Of a stretch of 64,000 nt of DNA, positions 28,177-37,594 are shown piece after piece. Numbering within the stretch: position 1 is the stretch's first letter; each line of letters starts with the position of its first letter. Origin of the DNA: an archaeon (GTDB lineage: Archaea > Micrarchaeota > Micrarchaeia > Anstonellales > Bilamarchaeaceae); assembly GCA_020053355.1 (NCBI GenBank), contig JAGVNI010000008.1, positions 77,195 through 141,194 of the forward strand, given 5' to 3'. Below the pieces are notes generated by a model that was not told the origin of the DNA, ran no database searches, and saw only the letters and a list, made by a program, of their open reading frames with translations. The translations under genes were made by a program, and so were the position numbers.

Positions 28177-28635
28177 GTGCTCTGGATATACGTGATTGTC
28201 GGAATCGACCCGGGGATAAAGACCGGATACGCCATACTGGACCTAGGCGGGAAGCTCGTGGCGAGCGGATGCGAGAAGGAGGCAAGCGATGAGCGAATGG
28301 TCAAGGTGATATCCAACGTGGGGATACCGGTCCTGGTTGCGGCCGACACCCACCCCCCGTCGTACTTCGTCCAGAAGATTGCCGCAAGGCTGAATGTGCG
28401 CGTATTCTCGCCACAGGAAAGCATGACGAAACTGGAAAAGAGGCAGATTGGCGCGGAAATCCCGGATGTGCACACCCGGGACTCGTACGCCGCTGCTGTC
28501 AAAGCGTTCCGCAGGTTCCAAAACCGCCTCCGGCAGATAGATTCCATGCAAAAAAGCGCCATGGAGAGGGAGGAGCTCAAAAAAATGGTGATATGCGGTC
28601 AGAGGATAGCTGAGCGGCTGAATAGGAACATTTAA
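28177..28635 (+). CDS. RNase H-fold protein (YqgF/RuvC-like)
   Basis: VGIDPGIKTGYAILDLGGKLV matches the hGxDxGxKxxGxAxxD opening motif of RuvC/YqgF-like nucleases. Confidence 0.4.
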   Translation: MLWIYVIVGIDPGIKTGYAILDLGGKLVASGCEKEASDERMVKVISNVGIPVLVAADTHPPSYFVQKIAARLNVRVFSPQESMTKLEKRQIGAEIPDVHTRDSYAAAVKAFRRFQNRLRQIDSMQKSAMEREELKKMVICGQRIAERLNRNI

Positions 28636-28660
28636 ATAGTCAAAATGAGCAATAACAGGA

Positions 28661-29377
28661 TTGTTGTGGGTGATGTCTGTGGCGGTTAAAATGTCTAAAT
28701 CTAAATCCATTAATTCCAAGAAGGCCAATAAGGCGGTAAAGAAGGCTAAGATAACCTCTAAGAAGGCTGCTCCTGCGGTTGCCAGGTCAAGTGCCAAATC
28801 CCTTAAAAACGCCAAATTGACGCAGAGAAAGCCTTTGTTGAAGAAGCCCGAAGAGCCCGTCCCGGACAAGCCGACGGCCCAAAACCACGAATTCATGCGC
28901 AAAGTGGGCAAAATCCTCGGCGACTCCAACGTCAGGCAGGATTTGATTGAAATCGGCGGCGAGAACGCGCTTGCTATCGTCAGGAACTTCTACGGCAACC
29001 ATAGCGACGAAGAGCTGGCAAAGAGGCTGAAAATCAAGATAAGCGACGTCCGCGCCACCCTCAACAAGCTCCATAACGAAGGACTCGTCAACTACATCCG
29101 CGAAAAGGACAGCGAGACTGGATGGTATTCATACAGCTGGTCCCTGAACCAGGTGCGGATGGAGAAATGGGCGAACATCCATACCGTAAGGACCGGTGCA
29201 ATATCCAATGAAAGCGGCGGGGATTACTATTTCTGTCCGTCCTGCGGGGCAGCAAGCATCACGAATTTCGAATCCGCGGCGGGAATCGATTTCAGGTGCG
29301 AACGCTGCAACAAGCTCCTTGAATTCATCGACGAGAAGAAAATGGCCGAATTGTTCGAGAAAAACCAGAAACACTAA
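28661..29377 (+). CDS. tfe: transcription factor E (TFIIE-alpha homolog) with Lys-rich N-terminal extension
   Basis: It has a winged helix (LAIVRNFYGNHSDEELAKRLKIKISDVRATLNKLHNEGLV) and a zinc ribbon (FCPSCG...CERCN). The N-terminal roughly 70 aa are Lys/Ala/Ser-rich. Confidence 0.65.
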   Translation: MLWVMSVAVKMSKSKSINSKKANKAVKKAKITSKKAAPAVARSSAKSLKNAKLTQRKPLLKKPEEPVPDKPTAQNHEFMRKVGKILGDSNVRQDLIEIGGENALAIVRNFYGNHSDEELAKRLKIKISDVRATLNKLHNEGLVNYIREKDSETGWYSYSWSLNQVRMEKWANIHTVRTGAISNESGGDYYFCPSCGAASITNFESAAGIDFRCERCNKLLEFIDEKKMAELFEKNQKH

Positions 29378-29593
29378 AGACTTGGCAGGATCCTTCCGCG
29401 GCATATCCTGGAAGAGATGCCAGGATAGCTGGATTTATACCCCCAACCCGCGGGCAGGAAGCCCATTATTCTAATTGAGGATGGCCTAGGGGAGTCTTGC
29501 GGCTAAAGCTGAAGGAATCCCCCCAAGGTAAAGGGGAAAATATGGGGAAAGGCCGGCAACTAGCGGGGTTGCCCTAAGGAAGTTTCGCGACCG

Positions 29594-29645
29594 ACAGAAA
29601 ACGCCCTGCGTTTTCTGTGGTCCATGGAACGAAACGTCGTTCCAT
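29594..29645. terminator. two adjacent perfect hairpins in convergent intergenic region (11-bp ACAGAAAACGC/GCGTTTTCTGT and 9-bp ATGGAACGA/TCGTTCCAT)
   Basis: They lie between the 3' ends of tfe (+) and the 853-aa gene (-). The first stem carries T4 on both strands. Confidence 0.35.
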
Positions 29646-29681
29646 CGGAGCCTTTAACCTAAGTGAAACAAAAGGAAAGGC

Positions 29682-32243
29682 TCACATCGATTTGAACTCG
29701 ATTAGCATCTTCTCCAATTCATCCACGGTGCTAAGTAGCAGTGAAGAGCTGTCGGATTCCATCTTCACAATCAGCGGGGCTATCGATGGAGACGAGTTCA
29801 TGATTGTCTGGAACTGCTCCTTGTCGGAATTGTTCCTGAAGAGGATTATCGCTATCCCCCTGCCTATCGTCGGAATCACCTGGGCAAGCAAGGCCTTCGC
29901 GTCCATGCCCTTGCGGTAGAAATGGAGGGACATCTGCTGGCCTACGACGGTTATCTCGCTGTCGGCTTCCTTGGATTCGCCAAGGCCCGTAAACGGGATG
30001 GCGTTGTTCACGCATATGTCGCGGAGGCGGCGCATGAGCGAGAGGTAGTCCACGCTGTGCCCGCTCTTGTCCTCCCAGGTCGAGAGGCCGTAGTACCCGA
30101 GGGATTCTTTCACCGCGCCTTTTTTCTCGAGCTCATCAAGCAGGTATTCGACGTTGTAATCGGTGATGTAGACCGGTTTTCCCGAATGGAATATGTCCTT
30201 GAAGCCGTTCTTGACCTCGGCGGTCGTGAGGGGCGTGGTCTGCCAGCGGTAGTTCTCGTTGACTTTCTCGAAGATTCCAAGGACCGCATCAGGCGTGAGG
30301 GGTATCTTGGTCCTTGTCACCGGGGGGAAGTCCGGGATGTCGATTGAGAAGAACACCGACTCCTGCCTTGCGAATACGACACCCACGCCGACGATGCCGG
30401 CCGAAAGGAGCATGGTCACCCAGAAAATCGGCTCATCGAAGAGCGTCTTGGACCGCAGATGCGACACCGGCACGGAAACTTTCAGGCCGCCGGCTGTGAA
30501 TGCGAAGCTGTGCTTGCCGAGGGGAAGGAGGTCGTTTCCGGTGTACTGGCCGACATCCACCCTAAGCTTGTCCACGTTATTGAATGTGTATGTGCCATAC
30601 TGGCCGCCATCCACGTTCACTTTGACCTCGTTCAGCACCTTCGGCGTGCCGTCCATTTTGATGTCGAAGACGTATACCGACCGCTTCTGCTGGTCCGTGC
30701 CGAGGTAGCCGATGTCGATTGAGACCACTTTCATATAAGTCTGCGCGTACACGTTGCTCTCGTCGTCCATGAGCCGGACGAGGTACTCGCCCCGGTTCAG
30801 GTAGATGAGAACGTCGAAAGAGGCGTCGGCCTGCACGTTCACGTTGCCCTCCGGGAATGTCTGTATTTCCGTGCCGTTGCTATCCAGCACGGTAAGGTAC
30901 ATGTTGGGCTGCGATGCCACGGGTTCGCGGAGCTGCGCGTTCATGCGGACCGGGAGGTTGGTTATGTTGGCGGAGACCACCCGGCCGCCCTCTTCTATGA
31001 ACAGGGAATTGTTCCTCTGTTTCTCAATCCTCATGTAGAGGGTCTCCCGGATGGGGTTGTCGGAGGTTGACGAGTAGCCGAGGAAGTCCATGCGGACCGT
31101 GGTTTGTGGGGATTCGAAAGGCTCTGAGAACAGGTATTGCCTTCCGGTATAGTTCGTCTGGTTCAGGAACGCGTATGTCTTGTTCTCCGAGCTCGTCTCG
31201 GCCCAGGGTATCTCGAAAACGATGCGCGCGACATCATCGGCTGCCGCGGTGAAGTTGCCCCTCCAGCCGCCATCGAGGGTCTGGGGGATGAACATGAAGG
31301 CCCCGTCGCCGCGCTTTATTATGCTGAGCACCCCGTACTTCAGGTCGCCGGTCCATCCTGAGCTGGGATTGGCCTGGTATAGCGGCTGGAACAGGTGGAA
31401 GCCGCTGCTTGATGAAAGTGTGCTCCTTTCGTCGAATTTCACCGGAAGGGCCGAGAGGGTTTCCTTCGGGGTGAATGCTACGAGCGTGCCGTTTAGCATC
31501 TTCGTGAAAGGCTGGCCGATATACAGGATGACAATCCCGCGGTCGGCCAGTTTGTTCATAGACAGCTGGCTGTCGACGCCCAGTATTTCCTTTGGGATGG
31601 CGCCTGAAGGGACAACCACCAGCGCCCCGTCGGGAACGGTCTCGAGCTGCTTCAGAGTTATCTCATTCAGTATAATCTTCCGTTTCGCGAGGTTCACGCG
31701 GAGCGTGGATATGAAATCCGCATAGGTTGTCGCCTCGAACCTTTCGCTGTTTAGGATGAACACCTCGGACGGGATTTTCGAGTCGTAAGTGGTCATGTTG
31801 ATGGTATAGTTCTTCAGGTTCCCGGTCTCGTAATCGACGACCACCGCCGCGGTGTATGTGGGTTTGCCGCGTGCGCCGGTGCTGAGCAGTTCCCCTTCCA
31901 TCAGGGTATTCTGGATGAACGCTTTTTCGACCTGGGGCGCGAATGCGCCGGCAGCAGGCTGAAGGAGGGATGTCAGATACAGCCAGGCCATCCCGAAAAT
32001 GATGAGCGCAATCAGTATGAATGCGCCGAAGACCATGAAGTTGAATCCGCCCCGGGGCGGCTCCCGGACAACCGCGGCCGCCTTCTTCTCCGGTTTCTTC
32101 GGGGCCATCAGCGATTTTATCCGGTCCTTGAAAATCTCGATTGGGGGCCGCGCCTTCGCCCGGTAATGGCCGATGTACTGGTACTTCTTCTTGAGCTCGA
32201 AGTTGTATACCTTTTTCTTGATTTTCACGCTTGATTCGGCCAT
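29682..32243 (-). CDS. large two-TM protein with a roughly 500-aa extracytoplasmic domain (operon member)
   Basis: TM helices lie near residues 57-80 and 590-610. Numerous N-x-S/T sequons are in the central domain. It is the last gene of the five-gene minus-strand operon. Confidence 0.5.
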   Translation of the reverse strand: MAESSVKIKKKVYNFELKKKYQYIGHYRAKARPPIEIFKDRIKSLMAPKKPEKKAAAVVREPPRGGFNFMVFGAFILIALIIFGMAWLYLTSLLQPAAGAFAPQVEKAFIQNTLMEGELLSTGARGKPTYTAAVVVDYETGNLKNYTINMTTYDSKIPSEVFILNSERFEATTYADFISTLRVNLAKRKIILNEITLKQLETVPDGALVVVPSGAIPKEILGVDSQLSMNKLADRGIVILYIGQPFTKMLNGTLVAFTPKETLSALPVKFDERSTLSSSSGFHLFQPLYQANPSSGWTGDLKYGVLSIIKRGDGAFMFIPQTLDGGWRGNFTAAADDVARIVFEIPWAETSSENKTYAFLNQTNYTGRQYLFSEPFESPQTTVRMDFLGYSSTSDNPIRETLYMRIEKQRNNSLFIEEGGRVVSANITNLPVRMNAQLREPVASQPNMYLTVLDSNGTEIQTFPEGNVNVQADASFDVLIYLNRGEYLVRLMDDESNVYAQTYMKVVSIDIGYLGTDQQKRSVYVFDIKMDGTPKVLNEVKVNVDGGQYGTYTFNNVDKLRVDVGQYTGNDLLPLGKHSFAFTAGGLKVSVPVSHLRSKTLFDEPIFWVTMLLSAGIVGVGVVFARQESVFFSIDIPDFPPVTRTKIPLTPDAVLGIFEKVNENYRWQTTPLTTAEVKNGFKDIFHSGKPVYITDYNVEYLLDELEKKGAVKESLGYYGLSTWEDKSGHSVDYLSLMRRLRDICVNNAIPFTGLGESKEADSEITVVGQQMSLHFYRKGMDAKALLAQVIPTIGRGIAIILFRNNSDKEQFQTIMNSSPSIAPLIVKMESDSSSLLLSTVDELEKMLIEFKSM

Positions 32244-32252
32244 GTGGAAACC

Positions 32253-33068
32253 CTACTGCACAACTTCCAGATATCCTTCGCTGACCAGCTTGTTCAGCAG
32301 TTCTTCGACGCGGGCATCCGAGACCTTGTAGACTTTCGTGAACTCCGTGATATTCATGGTCCCGCTGTGCTCGGCCACCCACTCCTGGAGCTTGGCTTTG
32401 AGGGCATCATCGGAGAGCCCTTCCAGGTTCTGCACGCGGAGCTTGTAATCGTCGTTCTGCGTCTTCAGTTCATAATTCTGCGATGTCAGCGCCTGGTTCT
32501 GCTCGGAAAGCCGGTCGACTTTCTTCTTCAGGTCGTCGACCTCCTTCTTGAGCGAGTCATAGGAGGTGTAAAGCTTATTGTAGTCCATGGTGACCGAGCC
32601 TGCAAGCTCCTTTATCGCGTTCTCAATCAGCTGGTAGACCGTCTTGTTGTCGACAGAGTAGGACGATTCCATGAGGGAGAGGATGTTGAGGAGGTAGCGG
32701 ATGACGTCCACCCTCCTCTTCTTCGGGCTGATTTCGGACGGTATCGTGTACAGAATCTCCAGCTCGTCCTCCTTGACCTTGATGATGGAGAAGAGGTACG
32801 GGTTCTTGTCGATGTCGCGGCTTTCCACGTAAATGACGTTCAGGACGTCCTTTTCCGGAGCGAGCTCCAGGAAGGAAATCGAGCGCAGGATGGTGGCCAG
32901 GTCTTTCAATTTGCCTTGGGTCAGCCGCCCCTTTATCTTGAAGCCGTCGACTTGGGGCGGGTGGATTTCCTCCTTCGCGGAGGGGCCCCCCGAACCTTTC
33001 TGGGCTGGGGGCGCTGGCGCGCCCGGGGCGCCGGTGCTTTTCTTGGCTTGTGGCAATGGAAGCGGCAT
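32253..33068 (-). CDS. coiled-coil protein with C-terminal wHTH-like segment (operon member)
   Basis: The N-terminus is Pro/Ala/Gly-rich. A central heptad-like region reads LKKEVDDLKKKVDRLSEQNQALTSQNYELKTQNDDYKLRVQNLE. The C-terminus is ITEFTKVYKVSDARVEELLNKLVSEGYLEVV. Confidence 0.45.
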   Translation of the reverse strand: MPLPLPQAKKSTGAPGAPAPPAQKGSGGPSAKEEIHPPQVDGFKIKGRLTQGKLKDLATILRSISFLELAPEKDVLNVIYVESRDIDKNPYLFSIIKVKEDELEILYTIPSEISPKKRRVDVIRYLLNILSLMESSYSVDNKTVYQLIENAIKELAGSVTMDYNKLYTSYDSLKKEVDDLKKKVDRLSEQNQALTSQNYELKTQNDDYKLRVQNLEGLSDDALKAKLQEWVAEHSGTMNITEFTKVYKVSDARVEELLNKLVSEGYLEVVQ

Positions 33069-33077
33069 TTCAACACC

Positions 33078-33740
33078 TCATTTTTTCCTGGATTTCTTTG
33101 TGCTCCTGCTTTCTTTTTTCTCCTCTTTCTTCTGGACCGGCCGGGTTTCCGGTTGCGCGGCTTTCGGCTTCTCGGCTGCGGCCTGGGCAGGCTGGGCCGG
33201 CGGATAATAGGGCTGCTGCCTGGCTGCAGGGGCCGGGGGCGAATATGGCTCGCGAGGATATGCGGGGATTGGCGGTGATGAGCGGGCCTGCACGGTGGAT
33301 TGCGCATAGGATGCGCTCACGCCGACGACGGCAGGCACGTATTTGAACATTATCGGGATGAAAACCACGATGCCGGCGACGATTATCCCGGAGAGTATCG
33401 CCCAGGGCTCGAAGCGGCCATAGAGCATGGGCACCAGGATGAGGAGTATGAGCAGGATGCCCGCAAGCACGCTGGCAAAAAGCAGGGTCTTCTCGAATGA
33501 GCGCCTCCGTTCGTTGTGCTTCGACATGCAGCCTTCGCAGACGAAAAGCTGGTTCATCTGCGCTATTCCCAGGGCTTTCTTGATGGCCCGGATTGTCTTG
33601 ATTATGCGGTCTTCCTTGACCGGCAAGGCCCGCCTTCCGGCTATGTCGGTCTGGCAGGAAATGCACATCTTCTTTCCGGATGAGGAACCAGGATTGACAT
33701 TCTCAGACATACCATCCACCCCTTCATTCCTCCAGGACAA
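33078..33740 (-). CDS. zinc-ribbon membrane protein with Pro-rich and Lys-rich tail (operon member)
   Basis: CISCQ...CEGC forms a 4-Cys ribbon. Two TM helices follow, then a PPAPAARQQPYYPPAQPAQAAAEKPKAAQP and KKEEKKESRSTKKSRKK tail. Confidence 0.45.
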   Translation of the reverse strand: MSWRNEGVDGMSENVNPGSSSGKKMCISCQTDIAGRRALPVKEDRIIKTIRAIKKALGIAQMNQLFVCEGCMSKHNERRRSFEKTLLFASVLAGILLILLILVPMLYGRFEPWAILSGIIVAGIVVFIPIMFKYVPAVVGVSASYAQSTVQARSSPPIPAYPREPYSPPAPAARQQPYYPPAQPAQAAAEKPKAAQPETRPVQKKEEKKESRSTKKSRKK

Positions 33741-35307
33741 CCTGGCTGATTTCGCGGCCCACGCCGCCGCTCTTCTTCAGGTCCACTTTGCCGAATATGT
33801 TGATGATTGTGACATCGTCGATGCCGGAGTCTTTCAGGAAATCGCCGATGTTCCTCCTGGCGATGCCGTCGCGCTCGAGGGTCAGGACGAAAGAGACGAC
33901 GTCCATGCGCCTATTCGACTTCTCGAAGTTCTTTGTGAGGTCCTCGATTTTCTCGTCGGTCATGCCGAACTGCCGTAGCTTCCGCCTGAAATCTTCCTTA
34001 AGGAACGAAACGCTTCTTGACACTGCAACATCCCTCCTCTGCTTGTCTGTGAGCACACCGGATAGGTCGAGGAAATATTCCTTGCTCGGCTCCTCGCCCT
34101 CTATCTTGTCGATCAGGAACGTGGACGGGTACGGCGTCGGCAGGGTGAGCGACAGGTTGACCGCGCACTGGCCCACGCCGAGCCGGGCTATTTCATCGCG
34201 CATATAGTTGCTGAAATTCAGCGAACCCTGCAGATAATCGAGGAACTTCTCGAACTTCACCTTCAGGATGAAAGTCGTGCCGACGTTGGAGAAGATGGCC
34301 TCGCTGATGTCCGTCGGGTTCTGCGACGCGATAATCATCGCGAAGTTGTACTTGCGGCCTTCGCGGACTATCATGACCGCGTCCGAGTTCTCGTCTTTCC
34401 CTATCTTCCATGCTTCGTCCAGCACGATTAGGAGGCGCAGCCCCTTCTGGTAGGACCAGCCCTCCAGCCTCATCTTCTCCTTGATGAACTGCAATAGCGT
34501 AAGCGCGGCAAGGGCGCGCGAGGTCTCGTCCGGAAGCCCGGAAAGGTCCATGTCGACCAGGCCTGATGAAATCAAATCATCCAGGCTCACCGTGCTCTGC
34601 TGGGCGAAGAAATCCTCGCCGGGTTTGGTGAACTGCTTGAGCCTATAAATCGCGTTCTCCAGTTCTGCCGGGAATTCGTAGGTTCCGACCTGCGACTGCT
34701 CGGTGAGCACGCGGACGACGTCTTTGAGGGTCGGGGGCGAAAGCGGCTTGCCGAGCTCGTCCTTCTGCTCCCGGGCATCCATCCTGAACTTGTTTTCAAG
34801 ATAGACCTTCTCGATAGCCTGCTCGGTGAGGCGCCTCTGTTCGGGGTAGTTGGTGATGTCGGTAAGGAGCTCCATCGTCCGCATGACCTGCTTGATGCGG
34901 TCGTACGGCTTCATGCCCCCCAAATCCAGGAGGTTCAGGTATGAGCCCTTGCCGAGCGAGACGATTTTGCCGCCGCTCTGCTTCACCCAGTCCTTGTATT
35001 CCCCGGCCCAGTCGATGATGAGCGCGTTGCTGTTCCAGACGAATGCCGAGCGGAGGAGGAAGGTCTTGATGAAGTAGGACTTGCCCGAACCGGATATGCC
35101 GACTATGGCCACGTGGGGGTTGGCCACGTTCTGGTAGCTCCAGTAGAAAGGCATGTTGAATATCTTGGTCCGGCCAATGTAGACCGAGTCCGTGGGGTCG
35201 GCGAAGAGGACTTCCATCGGGGGCTCCGGCGGGTGCACTAGAAGGTTGCGCCTGGATATGGCTGAATTTGACAGCTTGACGAGCCTCAGCTTTCCCCCGA
35301 CTGCCAT
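33724..35307 (-). CDS. HerA/VirB4-like (DUF87 family) P-loop ATPase (operon member)
   Basis: Walker A is HVAIVGISGSGKSYF. Walker B is LLIVLDEAW. REGRKYNFAMIIASQNP matches the DUF87/HerA arginine-finger region. The start was refined to MAVGGKL, which overlaps the upstream stop in a TAATG junction. Confidence 0.7.
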   Translation of the reverse strand: MAVGGKLRLVKLSNSAISRRNLLVHPPEPPMEVLFADPTDSVYIGRTKIFNMPFYWSYQNVANPHVAIVGISGSGKSYFIKTFLLRSAFVWNSNALIIDWAGEYKDWVKQSGGKIVSLGKGSYLNLLDLGGMKPYDRIKQVMRTMELLTDITNYPEQRRLTEQAIEKVYLENKFRMDAREQKDELGKPLSPPTLKDVVRVLTEQSQVGTYEFPAELENAIYRLKQFTKPGEDFFAQQSTVSLDDLISSGLVDMDLSGLPDETSRALAALTLLQFIKEKMRLEGWSYQKGLRLLIVLDEAWKIGKDENSDAVMIVREGRKYNFAMIIASQNPTDISEAIFSNVGTTFILKVKFEKFLDYLQGSLNFSNYMRDEIARLGVGQCAVNLSLTLPTPYPSTFLIDKIEGEEPSKEYFLDLSGVLTDKQRRDVAVSRSVSFLKEDFRRKLRQFGMTDEKIEDLTKNFEKSNRRMDVVSFVLTLERDGIARRNIGDFLKDSGIDDVTIINIFGKVDLKKSGGVGREISQVVLEE

Positions 35308-36116
35308 TAAATCACGCTCTCCTCCATCTCCTGCACCGTGGTCGGGAAGAACTTGTCCCACTCAAAGCATTTGAGCATCTCATCCCCTGAGAGGCTGACA
35401 ACCTCGACGTTGAGGGCGTTCGCGATGACTGTCTTCAGCTCGTTCGCCTGGGACCGGGCGCTTGCCATGGCCGCGTCCTTGCTGAGGCCGACCGCAGTCG
35501 TCTGCGCGAAGGCTATCACGCCCATGGGCTTCACGCCCTTGATCAGCTTGGTCAGCTGGTTGTCCCAGATGGCCACTTCGCGCTCTAATTTGTCCATCCT
35601 AAGGACATCGGGCTGGCCCTTGTCGCGCTCGCGGGCAAGGCGCAGCTGCGCCTCGGCGCGCTTGGTCTCGATAAGCTTCCGCTTCTCGCCCACGTCCTCG
35701 ACGTAAAGCAGGTATGCTATCTTCGTGACGTACTTGATGTTCGAGATGGCGCGCTCGAAGAACTGGTTGTAGGACATCGTCTCCTCGTTGGACTTTTCGG
35801 TCGCCGATTCGAATATCTTGAGGCCCAGGAAAGCCGATGCGTAGAATATGCCGTTGGAGTTCTTTATGATGACATCCTGCGTCGGGGGGACCTCGTAGCC
35901 GAGGTCGGACATCATCACGATTTTCGTCCTCTCTGTGATGAGGGGTATCATGATGTAGCCGTATCTCCAGAAAAGCACGCCGAGCAGGGAACCCGAAAAA
36001 CAGAGCAGCGCCCCGACCAGCGAAAGCAGGCCCCCGCCGCCGATGAGGGAAAACAGCGCTCCGAGAAATCCGACCGCGATAGCGGCATAAGTGTAGGTCT
36101 TCGACGGTGTAGGCAT
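35307..36116 (-). CDS. membrane protein (first gene of operon)
   Basis: It has two N-terminal TM helices and a roughly 190-aa soluble domain. On the minus strand a TATA-like TTTTTATAT lies about 38 nt upstream and a GAGGT Shine-Dalgarno 5 nt upstream. Confidence 0.45.
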   Translation of the reverse strand: MPTPSKTYTYAAIAVGFLGALFSLIGGGGLLSLVGALLCFSGSLLGVLFWRYGYIMIPLITERTKIVMMSDLGYEVPPTQDVIIKNSNGIFYASAFLGLKIFESATEKSNEETMSYNQFFERAISNIKYVTKIAYLLYVEDVGEKRKLIETKRAEAQLRLARERDKGQPDVLRMDKLEREVAIWDNQLTKLIKGVKPMGVIAFAQTTAVGLSKDAAMASARSQANELKTVIANALNVEVVSLSGDEMLKCFEWDKFFPTTVQEMEESVI

Positions 36117-36283
36117 ACCATATACCTCTGGTTTGATAGATTAATTAAGAAAGGATATAAAAACCACGCGATTGCGTTCATGACGTAATTTTAAGCGCCC
36201 GCCCAGTTCAACAGCCTAAAAAGCCGGCTTGAAAGGGCCGGCCATTCCCGGCACCCATCCTCCGGGTTGCGCCATAAGGACAC

Positions 36284-37594
36284 CTAGCCCTTGACCGCAT
36301 CCTCGACAATCTTCTTCGCCTGGCCGGTGTATGTGGAGTAGTCGAACAGTTCGTCCGCCTCCTTCTTGGTGAGAAGCTTGCGCTCCAGGACGAGGTCCTT
36401 CATGTGCCTTTTCTTTGCGAATGCCTCCTGCGCAAGCAAACGGACCGCCTCATGCGCTTCCTGCCTCCCGAGCCTGCCGCTTTCAACTAAAAAAATCATT
36501 ATGCGCTCGGACATGACAAGGCCGTTGGTCAATTCAAGGTCGCGCTTGATGTTCTCCGGATAGAACACGAGCCCGTCGAGGATTTTGGTTATCTCGATGG
36601 TCATGTAATCGAGGCAAATGAAGCTCTCTCCGAAAATCGCCCGCTCGTTCGCGCTGTTCGTGAGGTCGCGCTCATGCTCGAGTGCTATGTTCTCAAGCGC
36701 CGTAAGGACGTTCCCCCGGAGCAGGCGCGCAAGGGAGCAGACGCGCTCGCTCTTGTGCGGGTTTCTCTTCTGCGGCATGGTGGAGGAGCCCACCTGCTTT
36801 GCCGAGAACGGCTCGGAAATCTCGCACATCTCGCTGCGCTGCAGGTTCCGGATTTCCTTCGCGATTTTCTCGAGGAGCGCGCCCGTGATGGCGATGGCGC
36901 AGATGACTTCGGCATGGCGGTCGCGCTGGACGACCTGGTTGGTCACGGGGTCCTCCCCAAGGCCAAGCTCCTTCATGACCAGATTCTGCATCGCGGGGCC
37001 GTCTTTGCCGAATGTGGCCATGGTGCCGACCGCACCGGACATCTTGCCGACCGAAATGCGGGATTTGGCCCCCGCCAGGCGGTCAAGGTTTCGCTTGAGT
37101 TCCTGGTAATAGAGGGCGAATTTCATCCCGTAGGTGGTCGGGACCGCATGCTGGCCATGTGTGCGACCTATGCAGACCGTCCCCTTGTGCGCAAGGGCAA
37201 GCCGCTTGAGGGCGGATGCAAGGGTTCCGAGGCGCTTTTCCAGCAATTCGATGCCTTCGATGAATATGAGCGCGGTCGCGGTGTCCTCGATGTCATAGCT
37301 GGTGGCTCCCAGGTGGACGTACTTCCCGGCGTCCCCGGCCTGCTCTGTCAGCGCCTTCACCATCGCCATCAGGTCGTGGTGGATTTGCGACTCTATCTCG
37401 ATTACGCGCCCGTGCTTCACGTTCTTGGCAGCAGATTCTATTGCGGCCGGAGCGCCCTTGGGTATATGATTCAGGGCGGCATGGGCTTTTGCGAGCGCGA
37501 CTTCGACCACCATCCATTTGCGGAGCTTGGTTTCATCATCGAAAACCGAGTTCATCTCTGTCCGATACCTTTCTTCGAATGGAGAAATCGCCAT
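36284..37594 (-). CDS. purB: adenylosuccinate lyase
   Basis: The fumarate-lyase signature GSSTMPQKRNP is present. The start was refined to MAISPFEERY. A downstream GCCGGC hairpin plus T-tract acts as terminator. Confidence 0.8.
   Translation of the reverse strand: MAISPFEERYRTEMNSVFDDETKLRKWMVVEVALAKAHAALNHIPKGAPAAIESAAKNVKHGRVIEIESQIHHDLMAMVKALTEQAGDAGKYVHLGATSYDIEDTATALIFIEGIELLEKRLGTLASALKRLALAHKGTVCIGRTHGQHAVPTTYGMKFALYYQELKRNLDRLAGAKSRISVGKMSGAVGTMATFGKDGPAMQNLVMKELGLGEDPVTNQVVQRDRHAEVICAIAITGALLEKIAKEIRNLQRSEMCEISEPFSAKQVGSSTMPQKRNPHKSERVCSLARLLRGNVLTALENIALEHERDLTNSANERAIFGESFICLDYMTIEITKILDGLVFYPENIKRDLELTNGLVMSERIMIFLVESGRLGRQEAHEAVRLLAQEAFAKKRHMKDLVLERKLLTKKEADELFDYSTYTGQAKKIVEDAVKG

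Noticed and set aside
27186-28580. 464-aa minus-strand ORF covering the GT4 glycosyltransferase gene
   Set aside because: It is antisense to a gene with strong family signatures. It has no motifs and an R/P/G-rich composition, so it is spurious.
29378-29681. Possible RNase P RNA, SRP RNA or tRNA in the hairpin-rich tfe/853-aa-gene intergenic region
   Set aside because: None of the conserved RNase P P4/CR motifs, SRP domain IV motifs, or a T-loop/acceptor pairing could be found by eye. It is retained only as terminator-like hairpins.
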